Source: an uncultured Spirochaetota bacterium
Lineage (GTDB): Bacteria > Spirochaetota > Brevinematia > Brevinematales > JAOACQ01
Direction of reading: 5' to 3'
Length of the DNA: 64,000 nucleotides
Assembly (NCBI GenBank): GCA_963835575.1
Contig: CAWIGG010000002.1
Location: forward strand, 1,120,001 to 1,184,000
Made by a program: the position numbers and the translations under genes. Below are positions 12,348 through 23,020 of this stretch, piece by piece. The first letter of the stretch is position 1. Each line of letters opens with the position of its first letter. The notes beneath the pieces are model-generated. The model saw nothing but the letters and a program-made list of their open reading frames with translations, searched no databases and was not told the DNA's origin.

Positions 12348-13049
12348 ATGAAAAAAAAGCTGATACAAAAAGCTCTTGAAATATCCGAAAAAGCAAATAT
12401 TGAAAAAGCTTTTCTTCTTCAAAAGAATCTTATTAAATATATCCGCTGGGATAGCGAACTTTCAGAAACCAGAATTATAGCCGGTGTAGACATTTCATAT
12501 AATAATGATCTTTCATTTTGTTCCATTGTATTAATAGATAGTAAAATAAAAGAAAAACCAATCATTGAAAAAACATTTTCAATAAAAAAAATCTCCTTTC
12601 CGTATATTCCAGGTCTCCTTTTTTTTCGGGAATTTCCGGTATTTTTTGAGTGTTATCAAAAATTGAAAACAAAACCTGATTTATTGATATTTGACGGTCA
12701 TGGTCTGTCACATCAAAGAATGATGGGCATAGCTACGATGTCGGGAATATTACTTAATAAGCCCAGTATTGGCTGTGCAAAATCACATTTATATGGAAAT
12801 TATAAAATCCCTAATAATAAAAAATATTCTTTTTCTGAATTGACTATCCGTGATTTAGTTGTTGGTTATGTAGTCCGGTCAAAAGAAAATGTCAAACCGA
12901 TTTTTATTTCCACTGGTTTTGCCGTATCTCCTAAAAAAGCCTTTGATATTGTAAGAAATCTTATTACGAATTATAAATTACCGCTGCCTACTCATTATGC
13001 GCATTACTATAGTGAAGAATATAAAAGAAATTATAAAGAAGTTATTTAA
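12348..13049 (+). CDS. nfi: Endonuclease V
   Basis: IAGVDISY, FPYIPGLLFFRE, DGHG..H, PSIGCAKS, KPIFISTG and LPLPT. Confidence 0.93.
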   Translation: MKKKLIQKALEISEKANIEKAFLLQKNLIKYIRWDSELSETRIIAGVDISYNNDLSFCSIVLIDSKIKEKPIIEKTFSIKKISFPYIPGLLFFREFPVFFECYQKLKTKPDLLIFDGHGLSHQRMMGIATMSGILLNKPSIGCAKSHLYGNYKIPNNKKYSFSELTIRDLVVGYVVRSKENVKPIFISTGFAVSPKKAFDIVRNLITNYKLPLPTHYAHYYSEEYKRNYKEVI

Positions 13050-13115
13050 TACTAGAAGGATTTACTATTATTAATAAACCTGTACGGTAGGCACTTTTAA
13101 CTAATATTTATAAAA

Positions 13116-13143
13116 TTGACAACTGAAAAAAGTATATTATAAT
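13116..13143 (+). promoter_or_regulatory. Sigma70-type promoter
   Basis: TTGACA, 16 nt, TATAAT upstream of the gene at 13171. Confidence 0.6.
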
Positions 13144-13170
13144 CATAACCGCTTAAGACAAGAGGAAATA

Positions 13171-14037
13171 ATGAAAATTAATACCAACGAAGCACTAAAA
13201 ATTGCTGAAAAGTATGAATCAGAAGTGCCGATTATATATTTATCAGACATTAAATCAAAAAGTTCCTTAGAAAGCCTCTCGATAAGTAAAGATACCCTTT
13301 TTGAACCTTTACATTATGAGCTATTGGATAATGCGGGGATTAAAGAAATCGAAGTTCAATACAGCGAAAAATTATATGCAAAACTAGTTTCGAATTTTCC
13401 AGGTAATTACCGTTTGCCAACGGGGCGAAAAAATATTATTGAACTGGATAGAATCATAGACCAATTGGAAATGGCTAATGCGGCAAGTAAAAGAAAAAGA
13501 TCTATAATTTCTCTATGTGAATCTTATAAAAAAACATCCACCGGTACAGTTGAAACCATATTGAAATATGGTGAAAAATTAACTTATAAACGCTGGAATG
13601 AAGTTAAGGTCAATTTAAACCGTAATATTCTATTAGATTATAGATATGATGAATGCGGTATCATTGTTTTTTATATTCTTAATGCTTCAGATCCATACTA
13701 CTCTCAAAAATTCATGAAATTTACCGAATTGGTTTCTATGATTGTAGACTGTAAACAGATTGGCATGTCATTTTATCCTGATTTTGTGCCGGAAACAGAT
13801 GTTTATACATTAAATAATAAAAATGATTTATTAAAACTATACAGTGAAAGTAATGCCTCATTAATTATTATTGGTGAAGACCTGGATAATAATTATAAAG
13901 AAGCTCTTTCACAGATTAAATTTTACGACAGATATGCGCGAATGATGGTAATTAAGAATCCGGAGCCTTCTCAAAGAGTAGAAATTCTTACTCAAATAAA
14001 AAATGTTTATGGTAAGAGGTTATGGGAAGAAAAATAG
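13171..14037 (+). CDS. Hypothetical cytoplasmic protein, possibly with a C-terminal pseudo-receiver domain
   Basis: 288-aa ORF with RBS GAGG and its own promoter; alpha/beta pattern at the C-terminus. Confidence 0.6.
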   Translation: MKINTNEALKIAEKYESEVPIIYLSDIKSKSSLESLSISKDTLFEPLHYELLDNAGIKEIEVQYSEKLYAKLVSNFPGNYRLPTGRKNIIELDRIIDQLEMANAASKRKRSIISLCESYKKTSTGTVETILKYGEKLTYKRWNEVKVNLNRNILLDYRYDECGIIVFYILNASDPYYSQKFMKFTELVSMIVDCKQIGMSFYPDFVPETDVYTLNNKNDLLKLYSESNASLIIIGEDLDNNYKEALSQIKFYDRYARMMVIKNPEPSQRVEILTQIKNVYGKRLWEEK

Positions 14038-14504
14038 GCGATTTACTCGTATTTCCAATATTTATTAAGAATATTTTATGGTTTAATATTAAACGTTTTA
14101 AAATCAATAGTTTCTGGCGTATTATATTTTTCATTATTAATTTTATGCTTTTTCTTTCGACTTTTTTTCCGGCGCCTGGTAATTTCTCATATTATATCTT
14201 TATTATTGTTACGTTATCAAATTTTCTCTTTATATATTCAAGAATTAATTCACGTGTTGATACTTTTTTTCTGCTCAGACAGTTCGGCGCTTCGCTTCTG
14301 TTTATAATTATAGATAATATTATTGAGATTCTTCTTATATTCTTTTCATCAGCGGTTACTTTTCTTATCGCTTCAATTTTTTTAAAACCGTCTCAACAAT
14401 CATTTTTATTTATTATTTATCAATTAGCTGCCGTCATCTTCTTTATTCCAATAGTTTCATTAGTTGTAATCATGAGATTGGAAAAAGAAAAAAAAGAACA
14501 TTAA
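14022..14504 (+). CDS. Small membrane protein (about 4 TM)
   Basis: Very hydrophobic 160-aa ORF overlapping the upstream gene and preceding an ABC ATPase. Confidence 0.6.
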   Translation: MGRKIGDLLVFPIFIKNILWFNIKRFKINSFWRIIFFIINFMLFLSTFFPAPGNFSYYIFIIVTLSNFLFIYSRINSRVDTFFLLRQFGASLLFIIIDNIIEILLIFFSSAVTFLIASIFLKPSQQSFLFIIYQLAAVIFFIPIVSLVVIMRLEKEKKEH

Positions 14505-14520
14505 AAAAGGTACATAATTA

Positions 14521-15207
14521 ATGGATATTAAACTCATACATATTTCAAAGAAGTATAAATCGATAGGCGAGAAGTACATAAAATCATTGGATTCCCTAAA
14601 TATTGATATTAATTATGGAAATTACGTCTCATTTGTCGGGCCTTCAGGAAGCGGTAAAAGCACTTTGCTGAATATTATCAGTTCAAATTTAAAGCCAAGT
14701 TCAGGCGAAGTATTCTGGGGTAAATTTTGTCTTTCAAAAACAAAAGACAAAGAAATATTTTATATTAGAAGGACAAAATTCGGCATCATTTTTCAAGACA
14801 ACCAGTTTGTCAGTGAGCTGAATGTTGAAGATAACATACTTCTCCCTTTAGCAATAACAAATGCATCTATTAAGGAAAAATATAATTATTTTAACTCACT
14901 TCTGGAAAGCCTTAAAATTCAATATCTTAAAAAAAGATCTACTTTAGAATTAAGCGGGGGAGAGAAAAAGAAAGTGGCAATTGCCCGTTCTTTAATCAAT
15001 AACCCTGAAATCCTGGTGGCTGATGAACCAACCGCAAACTTAGATGATGTTTCTGCGAAAGAAGTATTTAATATATTCACAAATCTAAATAAACTCGGTT
15101 TAACAATAATTATTGCAACACATGATGAACGTTTTGGTAATTTCTGTAAAGAAACATATTATATGCTGAATGGTAAAATTGAAAAATTCATTAGCAAATC
15201 ATTATAG
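14521..15207 (+). CDS. ABC transporter ATP-binding protein (LolD/MacB-like)
   Basis: GPSGSGKST, LSGGEKKK, ILVADEPTANLD and ATHD. Confidence 0.92.
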   Translation: MDIKLIHISKKYKSIGEKYIKSLDSLNIDINYGNYVSFVGPSGSGKSTLLNIISSNLKPSSGEVFWGKFCLSKTKDKEIFYIRRTKFGIIFQDNQFVSELNVEDNILLPLAITNASIKEKYNYFNSLLESLKIQYLKKRSTLELSGGEKKKVAIARSLINNPEILVADEPTANLDDVSAKEVFNIFTNLNKLGLTIIIATHDERFGNFCKETYYMLNGKIEKFISKSL

Positions 15208-15315
15208 TGAATTAAAACTTTATAATTCATTCTATAAATTAATCAATATTTTTTTACTCTAACCGATATTGTATTAAGGTTTTAATGCTATAACATGATT
15301 TATTAGGTTGAAAAA

Positions 15316-17364
15316 ATGGCTCGGAAATATTTTATTGCTTTAATATTAAATATTGGTATAATATTAATCATTTTTATACTTTTTATATTTATTGACATTA
15401 ATATCAGTAATGCTGTACGAAACAATAATATTTCAGCAATTTCTGAAAGCACTAATCAGGAAAAAAATTCAAATATATCACATCCGCCTTATTTTGATTA
15501 TATTGACTGGAACTCAAACCATTATTTAAATTTAAATCTTATAAATGATAATACAAATATTTATGAAATTTCCATTTATTCCAATAAAACAGTTCAAGCC
15601 GCATTTTATTCTTATCAAAAAACCTATTACAGGTTTGAAATAAACCGCTTTATACTTGCAGGAAATATCAATCCGGATAAATGCTATGTTCAAATATATA
15701 ATAACAATGAAGTCATACCGTCATATTATGGGCCAACAAATCTTTTGTTTAAAAAAACGGAATTATATTATACGGCAAGCTGGTTTCACAGCTGGAAACC
15801 TCCTCTGGGAAAATATAATGCCGTACTATTTTTTAATAATCAGCCTGTTATAAAAAGTGAATTTGAAATCATAGCAAGAAAACCAGTGGAATATAAAAAA
15901 ACAATCAGTTTTATTAATATAGAATATAACCAGCCCTTATTAAACAGAAATATTTATAACAGCAGCTTTCAAAAAACACCTTTCCTTTCCGGATTACTGG
16001 ATTGGATTAATTACGGCAATATTGATGCGCTTGCAACATTATCAGGAGAAACAACAGGATGGGGCAATATAACGCCTGAAAAACCCTGGGAATATTATCC
16101 CATCAAAAACTTAGAATCTATCGGTACTGAATTAAATAATAAAAATAAACTTGTCGGAGCTTATATCATGTGCTTTTATACACCGGAAAACGGATGGAAA
16201 AAAGCAGGGTACGCTCCGGCTAAAGGTATTTTCTGGAATAACGGAATAACGGACATCCGCAGCAGCAGTTTTATATCTTTCAAAGATAAAAAAAGATTTG
16301 ATGATATTGTAAATTTTGCCAAATATCTGGATAGTTTAGATTATGTCCATTTTATCGGTTTTGATTTTATCCGATTCGGCGAACTTGTCGGTTATGAGAA
16401 TGCCGATGAATTTGTAGTAGATATGAATGTGTCAACTCCAAAAGAATGGTCCAGATATTCAGAGAATGAAAAAATTATCTGGCTTGGTCAGAAATTACAG
16501 GGAAGGGGAAATATATCAATAAAAGAAAGATGGAAATTATGGATAGCTCACAAAACAGCAGATTTTATTTATAGAGTCCGTAATGAAGCCGGAATAAAGA
16601 AACCTATATGGGTTTTTACACTTGGATGGGATCATGGAAAAGAACATGGGCAGGACCCATATTTCTTTCAGGATGCAGGTGCTTTTTCTGATTTTGTGAT
16701 GCTTTATGAAGCTACTCCTGATATGTTTGAAGCCATGAAAATAAGCTGGTCTGATTATCTAAAAGATGAAACCTTGAATTATATACCCGGCAATCAAATT
16801 GATGCTGTTCTTCTTAAATCTATCTACGGTAAAAATCCTATAGAAGAATATGCTGACCGTTTGGATTGGGCGGTTCAATATGCCACTTATTATTCAAAGG
16901 GAGTCTTTATACATGATATAACCAGAGCATTCTGGGGCAGAAGAGGGAATTATCCATATTATGAATGGCTGATATCAGGTTTTTCAAGCGCCAGCCATGC
17001 CCGCTGGCTGAATCATGAGATACCTTATTGCATAAATATCATAAAAAATGAGTCTGAATATTATTCTAAAAGATCAATGACTATTCCGATCGAAATTCAG
17101 ATCAATCCCGTTTTTTTATCTAACTTGATTAATAAATCAATTATTATAAAAAAAATAGGCGATAATTTTATTCAAAAAATTGACATTTCAGAAAAAACCA
17201 ATATAATATTAGATATTAGAATGAACCCCAATATGGGAAAGACGCAATGGTTTGGTCTTTATTCCAAAATCGACGGTTATCCTCCCTATTTTGTATTCAG
17301 TTATATAAAAGCAAATAATAAAAATATAGTGTTTAGTAGAAATCTGAAAGGATTCCATAATTAA
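15316..17364 (+). CDS. Membrane-anchored protein with a putative glycoside-hydrolase-like TIM barrel
   Basis: N-terminal TM helix, Ig-like segment (PPLGKYNAVLFFN) and HFIGFDFIRF resembling the D-Y/F-I-R motif of GH-like barrels; rich in aromatic residues. Confidence 0.5.
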   Translation: MARKYFIALILNIGIILIIFILFIFIDINISNAVRNNNISAISESTNQEKNSNISHPPYFDYIDWNSNHYLNLNLINDNTNIYEISIYSNKTVQAAFYSYQKTYYRFEINRFILAGNINPDKCYVQIYNNNEVIPSYYGPTNLLFKKTELYYTASWFHSWKPPLGKYNAVLFFNNQPVIKSEFEIIARKPVEYKKTISFINIEYNQPLLNRNIYNSSFQKTPFLSGLLDWINYGNIDALATLSGETTGWGNITPEKPWEYYPIKNLESIGTELNNKNKLVGAYIMCFYTPENGWKKAGYAPAKGIFWNNGITDIRSSSFISFKDKKRFDDIVNFAKYLDSLDYVHFIGFDFIRFGELVGYENADEFVVDMNVSTPKEWSRYSENEKIIWLGQKLQGRGNISIKERWKLWIAHKTADFIYRVRNEAGIKKPIWVFTLGWDHGKEHGQDPYFFQDAGAFSDFVMLYEATPDMFEAMKISWSDYLKDETLNYIPGNQIDAVLLKSIYGKNPIEEYADRLDWAVQYATYYSKGVFIHDITRAFWGRRGNYPYYEWLISGFSSASHARWLNHEIPYCINIIKNESEYYSKRSMTIPIEIQINPVFLSNLINKSIIIKKIGDNFIQKIDISEKTNIILDIRMNPNMGKTQWFGLYSKIDGYPPYFVFSYIKANNKNIVFSRNLKGFHN

Positions 17365-17575
17365 AGTTACAGAATAAAGTTCTAATCATCATTATCAATT
17401 TATATCAATTCTGAAAGGAGAATTCTTTTTCAAAAGGGCATCCTGTACATTCTTTATAAATCAAAATAAGAATAATTTTAAGCAAAAGAAAATAGGATAT
17501 CTCCTGCCGATGTTTTTTTTAATTGGTAATATTAAATTTAAAGTTTTATTTATAATACTATAAAAGGAGTAAGCT

Positions 17576-19021
17576 ATGCCGAGAAGAATTAAACTTAAGA
17601 ATGGAAATGAAACCGAAGAACAATTAACAGAAATTCCTGAGAAAAATACTCAGGAAATAGAAGAAAAAAAGAATAGTTTATTCAGTTCATATGTCCATTC
17701 AAATGATCCTGAAGAAGTTATGAAGCAAGTATTTACCGATGATAAAAAGATTTATATAAATAAATTAAAACAGCTTTCTATCACAGAGCTGACAATTATT
17801 GCCGAACATCTCAGTATTGACAATTATGAATCGATGCATACACAGGAAATGGTATACCAGATTCTGAGAAAGCATGCGGATAATGAAGGTATTATTTACG
17901 GCGGCGGTATTTTACAGGTAATTGAAGGCGGATTTGGCTTTTTACGGTCGCAAAGATATAATTTTTTACCCAGTTCAGATGATATTTATGTTTCGCCTTC
18001 TCAGATATCGCTTTTTAAACTTAGAACCGGCGATACTGTAGAAGGCCATATACGCCCTCCAAAAAGAACAGAAGAAGAAAAATTCTTCGCCCTCCTTAGA
18101 ATTGAAAAAATAAACGATAAATCACCTGAAGAAGCTCGTAGAAGAACCCTTTTTGATAATTTAACTCCTCTTTTTCCCGAAAGAAAAATCAAACTGGAAG
18201 TCGAATCAGATGAAATCGCCATGAGAATCATGGATTTATTTACCCCGATAGGTAAAGGGCAGAGAGGACTTGTTGTATCGCCTCCAAAGGCCGGCAAAAC
18301 AATATTATTAAAAAAGATAGCAAATAGCATTACCAGCAATCACCCTGAAATCCGGCTTATTATTTTTTTAGTCGATGAAAGACCTGAAGAAGTCACGGAT
18401 ATGCAGAGGTCTGTTAAAGCTGAGGTATTAAGCTCCACTTTTGATGAACAGGCGTCAAAGCATGTTTTAGTTGCGCAAATGGTACTGGAAAAAGCAAAAC
18501 GTCTAGTTGAAAGCGGATATGATGTTGTGATTTTGCTGGATTCAATTACCCGTTTAGCCCGTGCTTATAATCAGGTGGAGCCCGCAAGCGGAAAAGTATT
18601 ATCCGGCGGTATTGACTCCAACGCGCTTCATAAACCTAAAAAATTCTTCGGTGCCGCAAGAAATATTGAAGAAGGCGGCAGTCTGACTATTGTTGCAACA
18701 GCCCTCGTGGATACTGGAAGTAAAATGGATGAAGTGATATATGAGGAATTCAAAGGCACCGGTAATATGGAAATTCATCTGGATAGAAATCTTTCCAATA
18801 TCAGGGTATTCCCTGCAATAGATATCAAATTATCAGGAACAAGAAGAGAAGAATTATTGTTGAACAATGATTCACTCGAAAAAATCAGAATGCTCAGAAA
18901 AGTATTCGCTTCCATGCCGAATGAAGAGATTATTCCGAAATTGACGTCTTCAATGAAGAAAACAGTAACAAATGAGGAATTCTTGAATAATTTACAGTAT
19001 TTTTCCAATGCTTCATCTTAA
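17576..19021 (+). CDS. rho: Transcription termination factor Rho
   Basis: [43 protein letters not shown] and [10 protein letters not shown]. Confidence 0.98.
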   Translation: MPRRIKLKNGNETEEQLTEIPEKNTQEIEEKKNSLFSSYVHSNDPEEVMKQVFTDDKKIYINKLKQLSITELTIIAEHLSIDNYESMHTQEMVYQILRKHADNEGIIYGGGILQVIEGGFGFLRSQRYNFLPSSDDIYVSPSQISLFKLRTGDTVEGHIRPPKRTEEEKFFALLRIEKINDKSPEEARRRTLFDNLTPLFPERKIKLEVESDEIAMRIMDLFTPIGKGQRGLVVSPPKAGKTILLKKIANSITSNHPEIRLIIFLVDERPEEVTDMQRSVKAEVLSSTFDEQASKHVLVAQMVLEKAKRLVESGYDVVILLDSITRLARAYNQVEPASGKVLSGGIDSNALHKPKKFFGAARNIEEGGSLTIVATALVDTGSKMDEVIYEEFKGTGNMEIHLDRNLSNIRVFPAIDIKLSGTRREELLLNNDSLEKIRMLRKVFASMPNEEIIPKLTSSMKKTVTNEEFLNNLQYFSNASS

Positions 19022-19153
19022 TCCTGAGAATAATATTAATTAGGACAAAAAATCTTTACTTCGATTAGAATGAGCGGAACCAACCTATTTTAATAAGATT
19101 TTAATATCCTATTATATATTTTGGAATGTTTTTTATGTTAAGATATATAATTT

Positions 19154-19182
19154 TTGACTAATCTGTTATATTATATTATAAT
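19154..19182 (+). promoter_or_regulatory. Sigma70-type promoter for rpmE-xseA
   Basis: TTGACT, 17 nt, TATAAT. Confidence 0.6.
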
Positions 19183-19213
19183 CAACTATTACAATTTAAC
19201 TGGGAGTAGGCAA

Positions 19214-19414
19214 ATGAAAGAAGGTATACATCCAAAGCTTTTTGATACAAAAGTAAAATGCACATGCGGGAATGAATTTACGATTCAAACAATAGTTCCG
19301 GAAATAAATGTGGAAATCTGTTCTAAATGTCATCCATTTTATACCGGCCAGAAGAGAATAGCAGAAAGAGGCGGTATGGTTGACAGATTTAAGAAGAGAT
19401 ATAATATTAAATAA
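19214..19414 (+). CDS. rpmE: 50S ribosomal protein L31 (Zn-binding type)
   Basis: MKEGIHPK, CTCGN and EICSKCHPFYTG. Confidence 0.97.
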   Translation: MKEGIHPKLFDTKVKCTCGNEFTIQTIVPEINVEICSKCHPFYTGQKRIAERGGMVDRFKKRYNIK

Positions 19415-19419
19415 TAATC

Positions 19420-20634
19420 ATGAATAGTCATACCGAGCAGGCACTGACAGTCAGCGCTGTTGCAAAGTTCATCTATTCCATCATTGCAGAGAACATATCA
19501 TCCCTCTGGATAAGAGGGGAAATAAGCAATTTCAAGATTCAGCAAAATGGTAATGCTTATTTTAATATTAAAGACAGCGAAGCAAAACTTAACGCAATTA
19601 TCATGGCTAATTCAAATGCTCAAAAACACATATCAGAATTAAAAAACGGACTTGAAATACTGGTATACGGCAGAATTTCTTACTATAAGAAAGAAGGTTA
19701 TATTACTTTATTTACCGAGGAAATTGAATTTGTCGGAGAGGGGCTGCTCAAGCAGAAGTTTGATGAACTGAAAAAAAAACTGGAATCAGAAGGATTATTT
19801 AATAAAGAACATAAAAGAAAGATACCCGAATTCCCTCAATGCGTAGGTATAGTCACATCACCCAGCGGAGCCGCCATCCAGGATATATTAAACGTAACAA
19901 GCCGCAGATTTTCGAGTGTTAATATCATCCTTTTCCCGGCCTCTGTTCAGGGAGAAAGCGCTGTACAGGATATTGTTTCATCGATTAAAGTTGCAAATAA
20001 GTATGCTTATAAATATATTGATGTTTTAATTGTCGGAAGAGGCGGAGGATCACTCGAGGATCTCTGGTGTTTTAACGAGGAAGCAGTAGCTCGCGCTATT
20101 TATGGCTCAAAAATACCGGTTATATCAGCTGTGGGACATGAAATTGATTATACAATTGCCGACTATGTGGCCGATATGAGAGCGCCAACACCATCGGCAG
20201 CCGCTGAATTAGTGGTAAAGGATAAAAAGGAAATTCTTAAATTTATAGAAAGTATTAAAGATAGAATTGATGTTCTTTTTATTAACAAATACGATTCAAT
20301 CCGGAATTTTTTGGAAATCAGGGGGCAAGGAGCAATAAAAAGGCTTTTTCAAGAACAATTATCTGATTTATCACTGACCCTGGAGAATCTTTCAATCCGT
20401 TTTACTAATAATTTCAAAACATATTTAAACCAGACAAGAAGTTTTCTGAACCTGCACAAAGAAAAACTAAATGCGCTTCATCCTCATAATACACTTAAAA
20501 GAGGATACACTATAACATATAAAATCGATTCTCAGGGCAGGAAATCAGTTGTCAGTTCAATAAATGACATCCATCAAGGTAATTGCATTAATACGTTATT
20601 GCATGACGGTGATTTTAATTCGAAAGTTCAATAA
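19420..20634 (+). CDS. xseA: Exodeoxyribonuclease VII large subunit
   Basis: WIRGEISNF, GRGGGSLEDLWCFN, SAVGHEID and RAPTPSAAAE. Confidence 0.96.
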   Translation: MNSHTEQALTVSAVAKFIYSIIAENISSLWIRGEISNFKIQQNGNAYFNIKDSEAKLNAIIMANSNAQKHISELKNGLEILVYGRISYYKKEGYITLFTEEIEFVGEGLLKQKFDELKKKLESEGLFNKEHKRKIPEFPQCVGIVTSPSGAAIQDILNVTSRRFSSVNIILFPASVQGESAVQDIVSSIKVANKYAYKYIDVLIVGRGGGSLEDLWCFNEEAVARAIYGSKIPVISAVGHEIDYTIADYVADMRAPTPSAAAELVVKDKKEILKFIESIKDRIDVLFINKYDSIRNFLEIRGQGAIKRLFQEQLSDLSLTLENLSIRFTNNFKTYLNQTRSFLNLHKEKLNALHPHNTLKRGYTITYKIDSQGRKSVVSSINDIHQGNCINTLLHDGDFNSKVQ

Positions 20635-20963
20635 ATATAAGACTTCAAAAGAAATAGCGAGTCCAATCTATAATCTCTGACATCAAACGAAATCAGCAGA
20701 GGGTTTTGATCTTGCCTTTCCAGATAAATCGCACCGCAACTCATCAAAGATGCTTTATAGCTTTTACCCAGATATGTAAATTCAAGTCTGTTATAAGTCT
20801 CTTTTGTAATAGTGATACCGGCTACATCAGAAGGAGCTACTCTAGCCCCCTGATAAACAAATGCTTTAAATGGAAAAACAACTTCAGTTATTTTCACGCT
20901 GAAGCCTAATCCTGATATGAACATTAATAAAAAAGTGCTGATTATTATCATCCTGATATTCAT
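20628..20963 (-). CDS. Hypothetical secreted protein
   Basis: Signal-peptide-like N-terminus; RBS AGGAGG. Confidence 0.6.
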   Translation of the reverse strand: MNIRMIIISTFLLMFISGLGFSVKITEVVFPFKAFVYQGARVAPSDVAGITITKETYNRLEFTYLGKSYKASLMSCGAIYLERQDQNPLLISFDVRDYRLDSLFLLKSYIY

Positions 20964-21125
20964 AATAAGCCTCCTACTTAATATCTATATTAATATATTA
21001 CTTTAATTTATTTCTGCTGTCAATATTGAAATAGTTTAATTTTGATTTTTTATGAATATTGCCTTAAAATAAAAAGGTACCTTTCTGATAGAATTAAAGC
21101 CATTCTTTTAAGGGGTAAGTTTACC

Positions 21126-22679
21126 ATGGACTATAAAGTAACGGCAAGGAAATGGCGACCTCAATCATTTGAAGAGATTATTGGACAGGATAACTTGGTC
21201 CTCGCAATTAAAAACTCTCTTTCGTCTGGAAAAATTCCGCATGCGCTTCTTTTTTCAGGGGTCAGGGGAGTAGGGAAAACTACTACCGCACGCATTATCG
21301 CAAAAGCGCTTAATTGCCAGAACCCTCATAATATGGAACCATGCAATAAATGCTCCTCCTGCACTGAAATAACAAATGGTTATTCACTGGATGTAATTGA
21401 GATTGACGGCGCTTCTAATAGAGGTATTGATAATATCAGAGAATTAAAAGACACTGTGGCATATATGCCTATGTCTGGCAAATATAAAGTATATATAATT
21501 GATGAAGTGCATATGCTGACAAATGAAGCTTCAAATGCCCTGCTTAAGACGCTGGAAGAACCTCCAAGTCATGCAATATTTATTCTTGCGACGACAGAAG
21601 CGCATAAAGTGATACCGACAATTAAATCACGCTGCCAGCATTATATTTTTAAAAAAATATCATCAAAAAGTATTGTTGAACAGCTTAAAATAATCTGCAA
21701 GGAAGAAAGGATAAAATTTACCGAGGATGGTCTATTTCTTATAGCAAATTCTTCAGATGGTTCATTAAGGGATGCTGAAAGCATATTTGATCAGGTTGTT
21801 ATCTATTCAAGTGCAAACATAACAGAACAAAGTGCTTCCGATCTAATCGGAATTCCAGATATTCATTACTTCATTAACATAATTGAATCCGTTAAATCGA
21901 CTGATATTATCAGAATGCTTAAAACCACCAGCGACTACATTGAAAGCATAGGAGATATCAAGATATTTACAAAAGGAATTATACTATTCCTGAAAAACGG
22001 TATTTTAATAAAAAAGCTGTCTTATAACGATGATTTACTTGAAATGCCGCAAAAAAAATATAACGAAATGACCCTGCTGTTTATAGAATTTTCAATAGAG
22101 GATATAATAAAAATCATTAATATTTTTGTTGATTTATATAAAGATCTTAAGGGTGATGCAAATGAAAGATTTTTACTGGAAACAGCTCTTTTTAAGATAA
22201 TGGATTATAAAAATATCTATCCGATCGGGTCATTAAGGAAAGAAATAATTGCTTATCTTGAAAATAATAAAAATAAAAACATTTCAGATCATGATAATAA
22301 TTTACATAATATAAACAGTGATGCTTCTGAAAAAGATATAAAGAAAGTTGTTTTAGAAATTCTCTCCGGAAGTCAAATAACAAAGGCAATGCTTCAAGCA
22401 ATTAATAAAATTGAAATCTCAAATAATACAATTCATATAGAAATATCAGTCCTGCATTCATATGAATATCTTGAAAAGAATAAAAAAGAGATATTAAATG
22501 AATTAAATAAACGGATTAATAAGGATTTTAATATTAAGTTTTCATTAAATAAATTGAGAAATGATGAAAACGAATATATTGAAAATAACGAAAAATCTAT
22601 GCATTTCAAAGATGAAAAAGAGAATAAACCGGAAATCGTAAAAGAAATCGTTAATCTATTTGATGGAAAAATTCAATAA
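21126..22679 (+). CDS. dnaX: DNA polymerase III subunit gamma/tau
   Basis: ARKWRPQ, GVRGVGKTT, Zn-binding cysteines, IDEVHML, LLKTLEEPP and SRC. Confidence 0.97.
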   Translation: MDYKVTARKWRPQSFEEIIGQDNLVLAIKNSLSSGKIPHALLFSGVRGVGKTTTARIIAKALNCQNPHNMEPCNKCSSCTEITNGYSLDVIEIDGASNRGIDNIRELKDTVAYMPMSGKYKVYIIDEVHMLTNEASNALLKTLEEPPSHAIFILATTEAHKVIPTIKSRCQHYIFKKISSKSIVEQLKIICKEERIKFTEDGLFLIANSSDGSLRDAESIFDQVVIYSSANITEQSASDLIGIPDIHYFINIIESVKSTDIIRMLKTTSDYIESIGDIKIFTKGIILFLKNGILIKKLSYNDDLLEMPQKKYNEMTLLFIEFSIEDIIKIINIFVDLYKDLKGDANERFLLETALFKIMDYKNIYPIGSLRKEIIAYLENNKNKNISDHDNNLHNINSDASEKDIKKVVLEILSGSQITKAMLQAINKIEISNNTIHIEISVLHSYEYLEKNKKEILNELNKRINKDFNIKFSLNKLRNDENEYIENNEKSMHFKDEKENKPEIVKEIVNLFDGKIQ

Positions 22680-22715
22680 ATGTTATTATGAAATAAATAA
22701 AAAGGGAGGGCTTTT

Positions 22716-23018
22716 ATGCCTGCTATAGAAAGTCTTAAAGATATGACCAAATTTAAAAAAATGGCCGATGACGCCAAAAAAGTCATGGAAGAAATCAGGG
22801 TAACAGGAGTTTCAAAAAGAGGATATGTAAAAATCACATTGGATGGGGAAAAAGCACTTAAAAATATCGAATTTTCAACAGAAGCATTAACAATCAACCC
22901 GGATGAGCTGTCAAAATGTGCGAAAGAAGCTCATAGAGCGGCTTTTAAAGAAGTTGAAAAACATGTGAAAAAGCAGATGAAAAATTCAGGCTTAGGTAAT
23001 TTTTTAATGGGTAAATAG
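22716..23018 (+). CDS. ybaB: YbaB/EbfC nucleoid-associated protein
   Basis: 100 aa between dnaX and recR; VTGVS..GYVKITLDG. Confidence 0.85.
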   Translation: MPAIESLKDMTKFKKMADDAKKVMEEIRVTGVSKRGYVKITLDGEKALKNIEFSTEALTINPDELSKCAKEAHRAAFKEVEKHVKKQMKNSGLGNFLMGK

Positions 23019-23020
23019 CA

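Noticed and set aside
22478..22492. Possible dnaX -1 frameshift at an A-run
   Set aside because: It reads AAT AAA AAA GAG, not an in-frame A AAA AAG, and no downstream hairpin is evident
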